Below are positions 27,372 through 36,915 of a stretch of 64,000 bases of DNA, one piece after another. Source of the DNA: Candidatus Acidiferrum sp. Its GTDB lineage: Bacteria; Acidobacteriota; Terriglobia; Acidiferrales; UBA7541. The notes under the pieces were generated by a model. It had not been told where the DNA came from, ran no database searches, and worked only from the letters and a program-made list of their open reading frames with translations. The stretch's first letter is position 1; each line of letters starts with the position of its first letter. The stretch is from positions 72,128-136,127 of the forward strand of contig DATHMG010000035.1 of NCBI GenBank assembly GCA_035487275.1. The letters run 5' to 3'. Both the position numbers and the translations under genes were made by a program.

Positions 27372-30300
27372 GCGTGGCTCTCTTGTGAATTTTGTTCTTC
27401 GTTGCGGTGCGCCAGAATGTAGGCTGCTGGAACGAGGTAAACAGTCACAACCACGGAAACAAGTAGCCCGCCGATTATGGCACGCGCCAGTGGTGCGTAA
27501 GCTTCTGAGCCGGTGCCGAGCTTCAGCGCCATGGGAATCAAACCCAGGATGGTAGCGAGCGAAGTCATCAGAATGGGCCTCAGGCGCACGCGACACGCAG
27601 TGGCCACGGCCTCGCGCAGCGGCTTCCTTTCCTCTCGAAGTGTGCGCGTGAATTCAACGATTAAAATACTGTTGGACACTACGATCCCGACCATCATCAC
27701 CACACCCATCAGTGACATGACATTGAGAGTCGTACCGGTCACCAGCAAAAGGACAATTACGCCGGTAACTCCGGGCGGAATCGCCAGCAAAATTACAAAC
27801 GGATCAATGAAGGATTGAAATTGGGCCACCAGAATCAGGAAGACCAAGACCACTGAAAGAATCAGTCCAAATCCGAAGCTCGTAAACGATTGATTCATGC
27901 CTTGAACGGACCCGCGCAGATCGACCTGCACACCCTCAGGCAGGTCTGCGTCTTTCAAAACTTTCTGAATGCCCTTTGTCACTCCGCCGAGGTTTTCCGT
28001 CGCCGGCGCGACATACAAATCGATTACCCGGCGAAGCTGGTAGTGATCCACTTCCGTGGGAGACTCGATAGGTGTCAGCTTTACCACGGAATCCAGAGGC
28101 GTCGAATTTTTTCCATCCGGAGAGCGGAGCGGAATCTGTTTCAGATCGTTGAGAGACTTGACCTGGTTTTCGCGGTATTGCACGGTCAGCAGATAATCAT
28201 TTCCAGTGCGCGGGTCCACCCAGTAACTAGGCGCGATCATCCCGTTGGAGTTCAACGCGGTGATCACGTTGTCGACCACCTCTTTCTGACTTAAGCCCAA
28301 CATGCTGGCCCGTTGACGGTCCACGTCCAAACGCATCGCGGGGTAATCTAGATCCTGCGGAATGAGCAGGTCGTTCACGCCCTTAATTGCGCGAATCTTC
28401 GTGGCCAGATTCAAAGCTGTCTGATAAGTCTTCTCCAGATTTGAGCCACTTACCTGCACATCCACAGGAGCAGGCAAGCCGATGTTGAGCACGGCATCAA
28501 CCAATCCACCGGACTGAAAGTAGGTACTGAGTTCGGGAATATCCTGCGCCAGACGTTTCCGCACACGGTCCATATACTCGTAACTGCCCACCTTGTGGTT
28601 CTCTTTCAGGCTCACTTGAATGAATGCGGTATTTTGGCCGGAATTGCTGGTGTACATGGCGGAGAAGTCCGGAGTGATGCCGATATTCGAAACGATCATT
28701 CCCATTTCATCAGGCGGAACGATAGTTCGGATCTGGTCCTCAATTCTGGCCACATATTTTTCAGTTAATTCAATGCGCAGCCCGGGAGGCGCTTTCAAAT
28801 TAATCACAAACTGCCCGGGATCGGTACGCGGGAAGAACGAGATGCCCAGTAGCGGATAAAGTGCCAGGCTCAAGAGAAAAACGCCCATCAATCCCACCAC
28901 GGTCGCCACAGGACGAGCCACGGATAGCGCCAGCGTGCGGTCATATTTACCGAGCATCTTCTCGAAATAGAAATTGAACTTTTCCACGATGCGCCCGAAG
29001 GCGGAAACTTTGTCGCCGTGTATTTCCTCGTCCGCTTCAGGGCGCCCCATGAGCTTTGCGCAATACACAGGCACCACGGTCATCGCCACTACGTAGGAGG
29101 CCGCGAGAGACAGCACCACCGCCAATGCTAAAGCGGTGAAGAGGAATTGACTGACACCGCTCAAGAAGGTAACCGGAAAAAATACGATCATGGTGGTGAA
29201 GGTGGCTGCCAGCACCGGCATGGCGACTTCCTTTCCGCCGACTTCCGCCGCAGTGGCGGGATCTTCTCCCATTTCCAAATGCCGAAAAATATTTTCGAGC
29301 ACTACTACGGAGTTATCGATCAGGCGCGAGAAGGCCAGTGCCAAGCCTCCCAGCACCATGGTGTTGACCGTCCCTCCACCCGCTGAAATGGCCATGAACG
29401 CGGCCAGCGCAGACAAGGGAATGGACAGCATGACGGCAATCGTCGCCCGCACGCTTCCGAGAAATAAGAGAATCATCACGGCGGTCAGCACGATGCCGAT
29501 TCCGCCTTCATGCAGCAGGTTGTCGATGGCCTTTTTTACGAAGAGAGATTGATCGAAGACTACGGCGGTTTTCAGACTCTTCGGAATGTCCGTCAAAGTC
29601 TTGACGGCTTTCTTTATGCCGTTAACCACCGCGATAGTATTGGTATCGCCGCCTTGCTTCAGCACCGGCAAATAAACGGATTTCTGCCCGTCGATGCGAA
29701 CCACGTTGGTTTGAATCTGCTGCGCGTCCTGCGCCGACCCGACGTCAGCCACCATCACGGAAGCCCCGGACAGCGTTTTTAATGGCACAGCATTGATTTC
29801 TTTCGTGGAGGGAAGCTGGCTATTGGTGTACAGGTTATAATCCAGATTGCCGATGCGCACATCGCCGGCCGGCAGAATCAAATTGCTGTTGTTCACGGCG
29901 CGAACCACATCCATAAGGCTTAATTGGTGAGCCTGCAGTTTTAGTGGATCCACGTACACCATAATTTGCCGATAACGTCCACCAAATGGTTGCGGTACCG
30001 ATGCGCCGGGAACATTGGCGACCTGGTTGCGAACGTTGTACTGCCCGAGGTCGCGAAGCTGCGTCTCGTTGAGACCTTGTCCCTTCAACGTAATCAGGCA
30101 AACGGGCAGGCTGGAGGCGTCGAACTGCAGAACTACCGGCGGTAATGTGCCGGGAGGAAGCCTGCGAAGATCAGCCATGGCCAAATTGGAAATGGAGCCG
30201 GCAGCCGCGGCAGGGTCCATGCCGGCTTGAAAGTAAATTTTGATCAGGCTAACTCCGGGCAAAGAGCGCGATTCAATGTGATCCACGCCGCTCGCCAAGG

Positions 30301-30508
30301 TAAAAAATCTTTCGAACGGGCCGGTAATGTCGCTTTCGATCTGTTCCGGTGGCATGCCGCTAAAAAATGTGGCCACCACCACCACGGGAATCTTGATGGG
30401 CGGGAACAGGTCCACCGGCATGCGCGCTACGGTGGTTGTTCCGATAATGGCGATCATCAAGCACAGAACAATAATCAAATAGGGATACTTAATCGCAAAT
30501 CGAGACAT
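27368..30508 (-). CDS. RND efflux permease subunit
   Basis: 1046 aa; MPVDLFP, IDNSVVVLENIFRH and RLRPILMTSLATILGLIPMAL. Confidence 0.96.
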   Translation of the reverse strand: MSRFAIKYPYLIIVLCLMIAIIGTTTVARMPVDLFPPIKIPVVVVATFFSGMPPEQIESDITGPFERFFTLASGVDHIESRSLPGVSLIKIYFQAGMDPAAAAGSISNLAMADLRRLPPGTLPPVVLQFDASSLPVCLITLKGQGLNETQLRDLGQYNVRNQVANVPGASVPQPFGGRYRQIMVYVDPLKLQAHQLSLMDVVRAVNNSNLILPAGDVRIGNLDYNLYTNSQLPSTKEINAVPLKTLSGASVMVADVGSAQDAQQIQTNVVRIDGQKSVYLPVLKQGGDTNTIAVVNGIKKAVKTLTDIPKSLKTAVVFDQSLFVKKAIDNLLHEGGIGIVLTAVMILLFLGSVRATIAVMLSIPLSALAAFMAISAGGGTVNTMVLGGLALAFSRLIDNSVVVLENIFRHLEMGEDPATAAEVGGKEVAMPVLAATFTTMIVFFPVTFLSGVSQFLFTALALAVVLSLAASYVVAMTVVPVYCAKLMGRPEADEEIHGDKVSAFGRIVEKFNFYFEKMLGKYDRTLALSVARPVATVVGLMGVFLLSLALYPLLGISFFPRTDPGQFVINLKAPPGLRIELTEKYVARIEDQIRTIVPPDEMGMIVSNIGITPDFSAMYTSNSGQNTAFIQVSLKENHKVGSYEYMDRVRKRLAQDIPELSTYFQSGGLVDAVLNIGLPAPVDVQVSGSNLEKTYQTALNLATKIRAIKGVNDLLIPQDLDYPAMRLDVDRQRASMLGLSQKEVVDNVITALNSNGMIAPSYWVDPRTGNDYLLTVQYRENQVKSLNDLKQIPLRSPDGKNSTPLDSVVKLTPIESPTEVDHYQLRRVIDLYVAPATENLGGVTKGIQKVLKDADLPEGVQVDLRGSVQGMNQSFTSFGFGLILSVVLVFLILVAQFQSFIDPFVILLAIPPGVTGVIVLLLVTGTTLNVMSLMGVVMMVGIVVSNSILIVEFTRTLREERKPLREAVATACRVRLRPILMTSLATILGLIPMALKLGTGSEAYAPLARAIIGGLLVSVVVTVYLVPAAYILAHRNEEQNSQESHA

Positions 30509-31752
30509 TAGGCGGCTGTCTCCGTGCGCTTATCGCTGACATCTTTCGGTTGCACTTTTTGTCCTGGGTGGAATTGGCTGCGCCCGCCAATGACCACCCG
30601 GTCGCCTTCCGCCACGCCGCCGAGAACTTGCACGTAGGACTCGCCTTCGAAGCCCAATTTAATTTTCCGTTCTTCGATCTCGTTGTTTTTGTTAACCACC
30701 AGTACGGTGGCTTCGTTGTTATTTCGCGCCACTGCTTCTAGCGGAATGCAAAGTTCGTTCGCGTTTTTTGCCAGCGACAAAATGGCCTCAGCGTACATTC
30801 CAGGAATCAGACGTCCGTCCTTGTTGGGGAAATCGATTTCGGTCTCCATGGTGCGCGTTTGCCGGTCTAAGGAATCTGAGAAACGCGAAACTTTTCCCTC
30901 GAAATCCTGATTCAACGCGTCTATGTGCGCTTTTACCGGATCCCCAAGGTGAATCTGCGCGACTACCGATTCAGGGACTGGCAGGACTAGCCTTAGCTTC
31001 GACACTTCAGCTAACCGCACGACGGGTCCGACCCCGCTGCTCGCGGATGTACCGCCCTGGATCAGCGCGCCGGTGTCGGCCAATCGTGCGGTGATGACTC
31101 CCGCGAATGGCGCTGTGATGCGCGAATAGTTGGCCAGCGCGTTGTACTGTTTTTGATTTGCTTGTGCTACTTCGAGTTGTTGACGAGCAGCGGAGAGTTG
31201 CGCTTCCGCACTGGATACCTGGGCCTCAGCCTCCAAATCCTTGGCTTGTGAGTCGTCAATTTCTTGCTGCGCCACCAAGCCTGCACGGGCATCGGAGGCT
31301 AACTTCAAGCGCGCATAACCAGAGTGGGCGGCCGCGTGAGCCGATTGCGCACGGTTTACGTCGCTCTGCGCGCGGCGGATTTCTTCTTGGGAGCGGCGGA
31401 CCGCTGCATCTGCGCCAGAAAGCTCTGCAGCCAACTCAGGAACCTCCAGCACCGCGATCACTTGACCTTCTTTTACGTGATCGCCCACGTCGACATTGAT
31501 GTTCCGAATGTATCCGGCAACTTTGGCGTGTACTTCCACGTCCTGGAAAGGCTTGAACTCTCCGGCGATGGTCAGGGTGTTGCCCAAGGGCCGGCGTTCG
31601 ACCCGTACCACCGCAGCCGGTGGGACGCTGACGCCGCTTTCTGAATGATTAGCATCGTCGGCTTCGCTTGGAGTTCGGCCCATCCATCTCCAGGCAAGCA
31701 ATAGCACGGCCACCAGGATGCCGAGTGTGATCCATATCTTTTTTTTGGTCAT
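30508..31752 (-). CDS. RND periplasmic adaptor (membrane fusion protein)
   Basis: N-terminal TM; AKVAGYI..VDVGDHVKEGQ, coiled coil, ITAPFAGVI and LIPGMYA. Confidence 0.95.
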   Translation of the reverse strand: MTKKKIWITLGILVAVLLLAWRWMGRTPSEADDANHSESGVSVPPAAVVRVERRPLGNTLTIAGEFKPFQDVEVHAKVAGYIRNINVDVGDHVKEGQVIAVLEVPELAAELSGADAAVRRSQEEIRRAQSDVNRAQSAHAAAHSGYARLKLASDARAGLVAQQEIDDSQAKDLEAEAQVSSAEAQLSAARQQLEVAQANQKQYNALANYSRITAPFAGVITARLADTGALIQGGTSASSGVGPVVRLAEVSKLRLVLPVPESVVAQIHLGDPVKAHIDALNQDFEGKVSRFSDSLDRQTRTMETEIDFPNKDGRLIPGMYAEAILSLAKNANELCIPLEAVARNNNEATVLVVNKNNEIEERKIKLGFEGESYVQVLGGVAEGDRVVIGGRSQFHPGQKVQPKDVSDKRTETAA

Positions 31753-31868
31753 GCAGAAAGTCCCTCGAGTTCGTCCATGGGAATCGACTCATGCCATTTT
31801 TCGATGAGTCGAAAAGGCCAAAACCGGTTGTCTAACAGCTACCGCCCCGGAATGATAAAAATAGTGGA

Positions 31869-32225
31869 CTAACTTGCAGGAGGGGGCCGAAACCACAAAT
31901 CGGCACACACTAACTGATAAGCGCAGGGATGATGCGTAGAAACTTCGGCGGCTTGACCTGCAAGGAAATTTACGGGGGATTCAAGCCAAGTAGTTGCAAC
32001 TGCGACGGGTATCAGGAAAATCTTACGCGCGTTAGGAGGACTGAAGTGCTGCAACTCGGAGGAACCCAAAGTCGCGCGGTAGCTCAAGCTGCGTTGAACA
32101 TTGAGTTTCCCTAAAGAAGAGGAGGCCAACGTAGCATACGGGTTGTATAGAAACAGGATGGCAAGCGTTACACACACAAACACCGTAAGCCGACGCCTTA
32201 AACCGGATTCGTGAACCAATCTCAC
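31869..32225 (-). CDS. Putative membrane-targeted leader protein ending in an RPPP motif
   Basis: RRR plus hydrophobic N-terminal segment; C-terminus LWFRPPPAS; first ORF of the RND unit; GGAGAAGG upstream. Confidence 0.72.
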   Translation of the reverse strand: MRLVHESGLRRRLTVFVCVTLAILFLYNPYATLASSSLGKLNVQRSLSYRATLGSSELQHFSPPNARKIFLIPVAVATTWLESPVNFLAGQAAEVSTHHPCAYQLVCADLWFRPPPAS

Positions 32226-32243
32226 TTTTTTTGCCTTCTCCGA

Positions 32244-32272
32244 ACAATAGTAGGAAGTCCGGAAACGGTCAA
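32244..32272 (-). promoter_or_regulatory. Putative sigma70 promoter of the leader-RND operon
   Basis: Minus strand TTGACC-N17-TATTGT just upstream of the SD and GTG at 32225. Confidence 0.5.
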
Positions 32273-32414
32273 TAGATGCCTGAGGTGATATTTGCTAAGC
32301 GTGCTTGCGTTGTTCGAACGGCGACGGGTCAGACTTAATTCGGTGTAGCCATATAACTCCATTAATATCTTAAAGTTAGATAGTTCTACCAATTTTAAGA
32401 GACTAACAGCGCGG

Positions 32415-32432
32415 TTGTAACAATCCTGTAAC
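32415..32432 (+). promoter_or_regulatory. Pho box upstream of pstS
   Basis: ttgtaac-aatc-ctgtaac direct repeat at 11-bp spacing, matching the PhoB box architecture. Confidence 0.75.
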
Positions 32433-32490
32433 ACTAGACAGCCACACTGACGTGCTTCTATCTAACCCAGACTCGTGGAGAAAAAAACCC

Positions 32491-33519
32491 ATGAAGCGAC
32501 TCGCACCACTTTTCCTGGCTGTTCTTGCGCTCGTCGCAATTGGTGTGGCCAAGGCCGCGCTTTCCATCAATGGGGCCGGCGCCACGTTCCCTAATCCAAT
32601 ATATTCAAAATGGTTTGATGATTATCACAAGAAAAATCCCGATATCGAGATCAACTATCAATCCATTGGTTCGGGCGGCGGCATCAAGCAGGTAACAGAA
32701 GGCACGGTCGATTTTGGGGCAACCGATGGCCCAATGAATGATGAACAACTGAAGGCCTTTCAAGACAAGCACGGCTTCCCAATCCTTCACTTTCCCACCG
32801 TTCTGGGCGCCGATGTGCCTACGTACAATATTTCTGGCGTGACTGGAGAGCTGAATTTCACTCCCGAAGCTCTTGCTGGGATTTTCCTGGGTAAGGTGAC
32901 CAAGTGGAATGACCCGCTCATTGCGGGAGCGAACAAAGGAGTGAATCTTCCAGCAAGCGACATCGTAGTAGTGCACCGCTCGGACGGCAGCGGCACCAGC
33001 TATATCTGGACGGATTATCTGTCTAAGGTCAGCGATGAATGGAAAAACAAAGTGGGCAAAGGCACTTCCGTCAATTGGCCCGTCGGCCTTGGCGGCAAAG
33101 GCAACGAGGGCGTTGCTGGTCTAGTGAAGCAAACGCCAAATGCTTTGGGTTACGTCGAACTGATCTACGCGGTACAAAACAAGATGCCGTACGGCAAGAT
33201 CAAGAATTCGTCTGGGGAATTTATCAAGGCCGATCTCCCTAGCGTCACGGCCGCTGCCGCCGGTGCTGCGAAGAGCATCCCCGACGATTTTCGGGTTTCC
33301 ATCACTGATGCTCCGGGGAAAACTGCGTACCCCGTTTCGAGTTTTACGTGGCTGCTTATTCCGTCTAAGTTTTCGGACGCTGCCAAACGCGACGCTATCA
33401 AGGGCTTCCTCAAGTGGATGCTGACCGACGGACAGAATGAGGTCGAAGCACTTTCCTACGCAAAGCTTCCGAAGGAAGTGGTCAGCAAAGAAATGAAAGC
33501 CATAGACAAGATTCAGTAA
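32491..33519 (+). CDS. pstS: Phosphate ABC transporter substrate-binding protein
   Basis: GAGATFP, YQSIGSGGG, DFGATD, HRSDGSGTS and GKGNEGV. Confidence 0.97.
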   Translation: MKRLAPLFLAVLALVAIGVAKAALSINGAGATFPNPIYSKWFDDYHKKNPDIEINYQSIGSGGGIKQVTEGTVDFGATDGPMNDEQLKAFQDKHGFPILHFPTVLGADVPTYNISGVTGELNFTPEALAGIFLGKVTKWNDPLIAGANKGVNLPASDIVVVHRSDGSGTSYIWTDYLSKVSDEWKNKVGKGTSVNWPVGLGGKGNEGVAGLVKQTPNALGYVELIYAVQNKMPYGKIKNSSGEFIKADLPSVTAAAAGAAKSIPDDFRVSITDAPGKTAYPVSSFTWLLIPSKFSDAAKRDAIKGFLKWMLTDGQNEVEALSYAKLPKEVVSKEMKAIDKIQ

Positions 33520-33538
33520 TTACGATTTCGACGTACTG

Positions 33539-34528
33539 ATGGCCACCACAACTACGACTGTGCCGAGCGCCGGCCCCATTACGGGCACGCGTTCGTTCAT
33601 CAGCCGGCTGCGCGACGGCGACGAGATCGCACGCCTGGTAACGTTTATTTTTGCTGGGTCCGTAGTGTTGATTACCTTGCTGCTGGTTTATGAACTGTGG
33701 CGAGAGTCCTACTTGCCGCGTCATAAATTTGGATTCGGATTTTTTGTTACTTCTGTTTGGGATCCTATTTTTGACAAATTCGGCGCGCTTCCTTTCATTT
33801 ATGGGACGGTGGTTACGGCCGGCGTCGCCCTGCTGATTGCTGTTCCCCTGGGCATTGGCGCCGCGATTTTTCTGGCTGAGCTGGCTCCGGCGCGCGTCTC
33901 CGACACGCTACAGTTTTTTATCGATCTGTTGGCCGCTGTACCCAGCGTGATTTATGGTTTGCTGGGCGTGTTTATCGTTATCCCCGTGATGCGCCAATAT
34001 ATTCAGCCGGCACTCAAGAGCTCTCTCGGGTTTCTTCCATTTTTTCAGGGTCCAACCTATGGCGTGGGTTTTCTTACCGCGGGAATCGTTCTGGCGATCA
34101 TGGTGATCCCGTATATCATTTCCGTTTCGCGCGAAGTCCTGATCTCGGTGCCGCGTGATCAGCGCGAAGCCGCGCTCGCATTGGGGTCTACTCGTTGGGA
34201 ATCAACCTGGAAAGTTGTTTTGCCCTTCGCGCGCACGGGAATTATGGGTTCCATATTTCTGGCGTTAGCCCGCGCGTTGGGAGAAACCATGGCGGTCACC
34301 ATGGTGATTGGCAACACGCCGACAATCAGCGCATCGCTTTTCTCTCCGGGTTATTCCATCGCCGCCGTTATTGCCAATGAATTCACGGAAGCGACTGGTG
34401 ATCTCTATTTGCAGGCGCTGATTGAGCTCGGCTTGGTTCTGTTCCTGCTTACCTTTCTCTTGAATGGCTTGGCGCGTCTGCTCATCGTCGTGACTTCGCA
34501 ACGCGGCAGCGGCATGGGGCAAGCATGA
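33539..34528 (+). CDS. pstC: Phosphate ABC transporter permease
   Basis: AAVPSVIYG, REAALALGSTRWE, RALGETMAV and IANEF. Confidence 0.96.
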   Translation: MATTTTTVPSAGPITGTRSFISRLRDGDEIARLVTFIFAGSVVLITLLLVYELWRESYLPRHKFGFGFFVTSVWDPIFDKFGALPFIYGTVVTAGVALLIAVPLGIGAAIFLAELAPARVSDTLQFFIDLLAAVPSVIYGLLGVFIVIPVMRQYIQPALKSSLGFLPFFQGPTYGVGFLTAGIVLAIMVIPYIISVSREVLISVPRDQREAALALGSTRWESTWKVVLPFARTGIMGSIFLALARALGETMAVTMVIGNTPTISASLFSPGYSIAAVIANEFTEATGDLYLQALIELGLVLFLLTFLLNGLARLLIVVTSQRGSGMGQA

Positions 34529-35376
34529 GCAATCGTCTGAGTTGGCGGAAATTTGTCAGCCACTTCATGTTGACTATGACCGGATTGTGCGCGCTGGTTG
34601 CCGTGTCAGTTCTGTTTTTTATTCTCGGCTACCTCGTCTATCACGGCGGTACCTCCATTAGCTGGGATTTCTTTACTAAACTGCCAGCTCCGGTCGGTGA
34701 AACGGGCGGAGGCATGGCTAACGCTATCGTCGGAAGCGCCAAGCTGCTTCTGTTGGCATGCTTGCTGGGAGTTCCAATTGGGTTTTTTGGGGCCATTTAC
34801 CTGGCGGAATTCAGCGGGGGTTCGATTGCTTTTGTGGTGCGCTATGCCGCCGATTTATTAAACGGCGTGCCCTCGATCGTTATCGGGATTTTTGCATATA
34901 GTTTGGTGGTGCTGCCCTTCAAGCACTTCTCCACGCTAGCTGGCGGCTTTGCCCTGGGGCTGATGATGATTCCCATTACCTTGCGGAGCACTGAGGAGTT
35001 TCTACGTGCCGTGCCGCGGGCATTGCGCGAAGGCGCCATGGCCCTGGGCGCAAGCCAGTGGAAGACGATTGCATCCGTAGTCGTCCCCGCGGCCTATCGC
35101 GGAATACTGACTGCTGTTTTGCTGGCCTTTGCGCGCGTTGCAGGGGAAACGGCCCCCTTGCTCTTCACTGCGTTAGGCAATCGTTTCTGGAGTCCCGGCT
35201 GGAACCAGCCCACGGCGTCGCTGCCAGTAATGATCTTTACTTACGCCATCTCGCCATATGACGATTGGCACCGGCAGGCTTGGGCTGCGGGCCTGGTGCT
35301 GCTTGGCTTGATCCTGATTACTAATATCGTCGCGCGGGTCATTCTCTCCCGAGGCATTTCGGTTCCGAGGACTTAA
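34525..35376 (+). CDS. pstA: Phosphate ABC transporter permease
   Basis: [17 protein letters not shown] and [10 protein letters not shown]. Confidence 0.96.
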   Translation: MSNRLSWRKFVSHFMLTMTGLCALVAVSVLFFILGYLVYHGGTSISWDFFTKLPAPVGETGGGMANAIVGSAKLLLLACLLGVPIGFFGAIYLAEFSGGSIAFVVRYAADLLNGVPSIVIGIFAYSLVVLPFKHFSTLAGGFALGLMMIPITLRSTEEFLRAVPRALREGAMALGASQWKTIASVVVPAAYRGILTAVLLAFARVAGETAPLLFTALGNRFWSPGWNQPTASLPVMIFTYAISPYDDWHRQAWAAGLVLLGLILITNIVARVILSRGISVPRT

Positions 35377-35378
35377 TC

Positions 35379-36203
35379 ATGGCTTCTGTGAGGTCGGCAG
35401 TGTCCGTAAAAATTACACCACCGGTGTCAGCTCCAACGGGCCGCGAACCACAAGCGCCGTTGGTCATGCGCATGACCGTCTCGAAGGTCAATTTTTATTA
35501 CGGTCTCAAACAGGTCTTGTTCGACATCAACTTAAATATCGCTTCGAACAAAGTGACTTCGCTGATCGGTCCTTCCGGCTGCGGCAAGTCCACTTTACTT
35601 CGCACTTTAAATCGTATGCACGAGACGGTGCACAGCTCCAGGCTCGAAGGCGACATTCTGATCGATAATCAGAATATCCTCGCGCAAGATGTAACTGCGC
35701 TTCGACGCCGGGTGGGCATGGTGTTTCAGCGGCCCAATCCGTTTCCAAAATCTATTTTTGATAATGTGGCTTACGGGCTGCGCATCAATGGCTTCAAAGG
35801 AGCTCTCTCGGACGCCGTGGAGAAGAGTCTTCGCCACGCGGCCCTATGGGAGGAAGTGAAGGATCAGCTGCATAAGTCCGCGTATGAGCTTTCTGGTGGC
35901 CAGCAACAACGTCTGTGCATCGCGCGCGGACTGGCGGTCGAACCTGAAGTTTTGTTGCTGGACGAGCCTTGTTCGGCGCTTGACCCTATCAGTACCGCCA
36001 AAATTGAAGAGCTGCTGGTGCAGCTAAAAGATCTCTGCACTATCGTCATTGTCACGCATAATATGCAACAAGCCGCACGGGTCAGTGACTTCACCGCATT
36101 TTTGCTTACGGGCCAACTAATTGAATTCAGTCCGACCCCGCAGCTCTTCACTACGCCCAGCGATCCGCGAACGGAAGCGTATATAACCGGCCGCTTCGGC
36201 TAA
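35379..36203 (+). CDS. pstB: Phosphate ABC transporter ATPase
   Basis: [34 protein letters not shown] and C-terminal YITGRFG. Confidence 0.97.
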   Translation: MASVRSAVSVKITPPVSAPTGREPQAPLVMRMTVSKVNFYYGLKQVLFDINLNIASNKVTSLIGPSGCGKSTLLRTLNRMHETVHSSRLEGDILIDNQNILAQDVTALRRRVGMVFQRPNPFPKSIFDNVAYGLRINGFKGALSDAVEKSLRHAALWEEVKDQLHKSAYELSGGQQQRLCIARGLAVEPEVLLLDEPCSALDPISTAKIEELLVQLKDLCTIVIVTHNMQQAARVSDFTAFLLTGQLIEFSPTPQLFTTPSDPRTEAYITGRFG

Positions 36204-36249
36204 TATTCAAAAGCACGCGATGAAAGTTTAGATTCCCTCGAGAGGACGC

Positions 36250-36915
36250 ATGGAACGCCATTTCGAAAGAGATTTGAACGATCTGAAAGAGCGACTGCTC
36301 TGGATGGGCAGCCTTGCGGAGCGCGCTGTGCACCAGGCGGTGCACTCGGTGCTGGATTCCGATGAGCAGCTGGCGAATCGCGTGCTCGCCGAAGAAGACG
36401 CTATCAATGAATTACAGATTGAAGTGGACGACCGGGTCGTGCAGCTGCTCGCGTTGCACCAATTGATGGCTATTGATTTGCGTTTCGTGCTGGCCGTGTC
36501 CCGCATCAATAACGATCTGGAACGTATCGGCGATCAAGGCGTAAATATCGCGCAAGGTTCGTTGCGGATTTTGCGGCACCCGCGCGTAAAGCCGTACGTC
36601 GATTTGCCGCGTATGAGCGAGCTGGTTGAAGAGATGGTGCGCAATGCGCTTAATGCGGTGGTGCGCCGAGACGTGGAGCTGGCACAGAAGGTTTTGGCCA
36701 GTGACGACCAGGTCGATAATTTTCGCGACCAGATTTTTCGCGAATTGCTGACTTACATGATGGGCGACTCCAGCGTGGTCTTCCCGGCCTTTGAACTGAT
36801 CCTCGTGGCTAAGAATCTCGAACGCATTGGCGATCACGCGACCAATATCGCTGAAGACGTCATTTACATAGTGCAGGGCCAGGATGTCCGGCATCCCACT
36901 GTGGACCGTCGTTAG
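36250..36915 (+). CDS. phoU: Phosphate signalling protein PhoU (copy 2)
   Basis: DLERIGD and NLERIGDHATNIAED; follows pstB. Confidence 0.96.
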   Translation: MERHFERDLNDLKERLLWMGSLAERAVHQAVHSVLDSDEQLANRVLAEEDAINELQIEVDDRVVQLLALHQLMAIDLRFVLAVSRINNDLERIGDQGVNIAQGSLRILRHPRVKPYVDLPRMSELVEEMVRNALNAVVRRDVELAQKVLASDDQVDNFRDQIFRELLTYMMGDSSVVFPAFELILVAKNLERIGDHATNIAEDVIYIVQGQDVRHPTVDRR

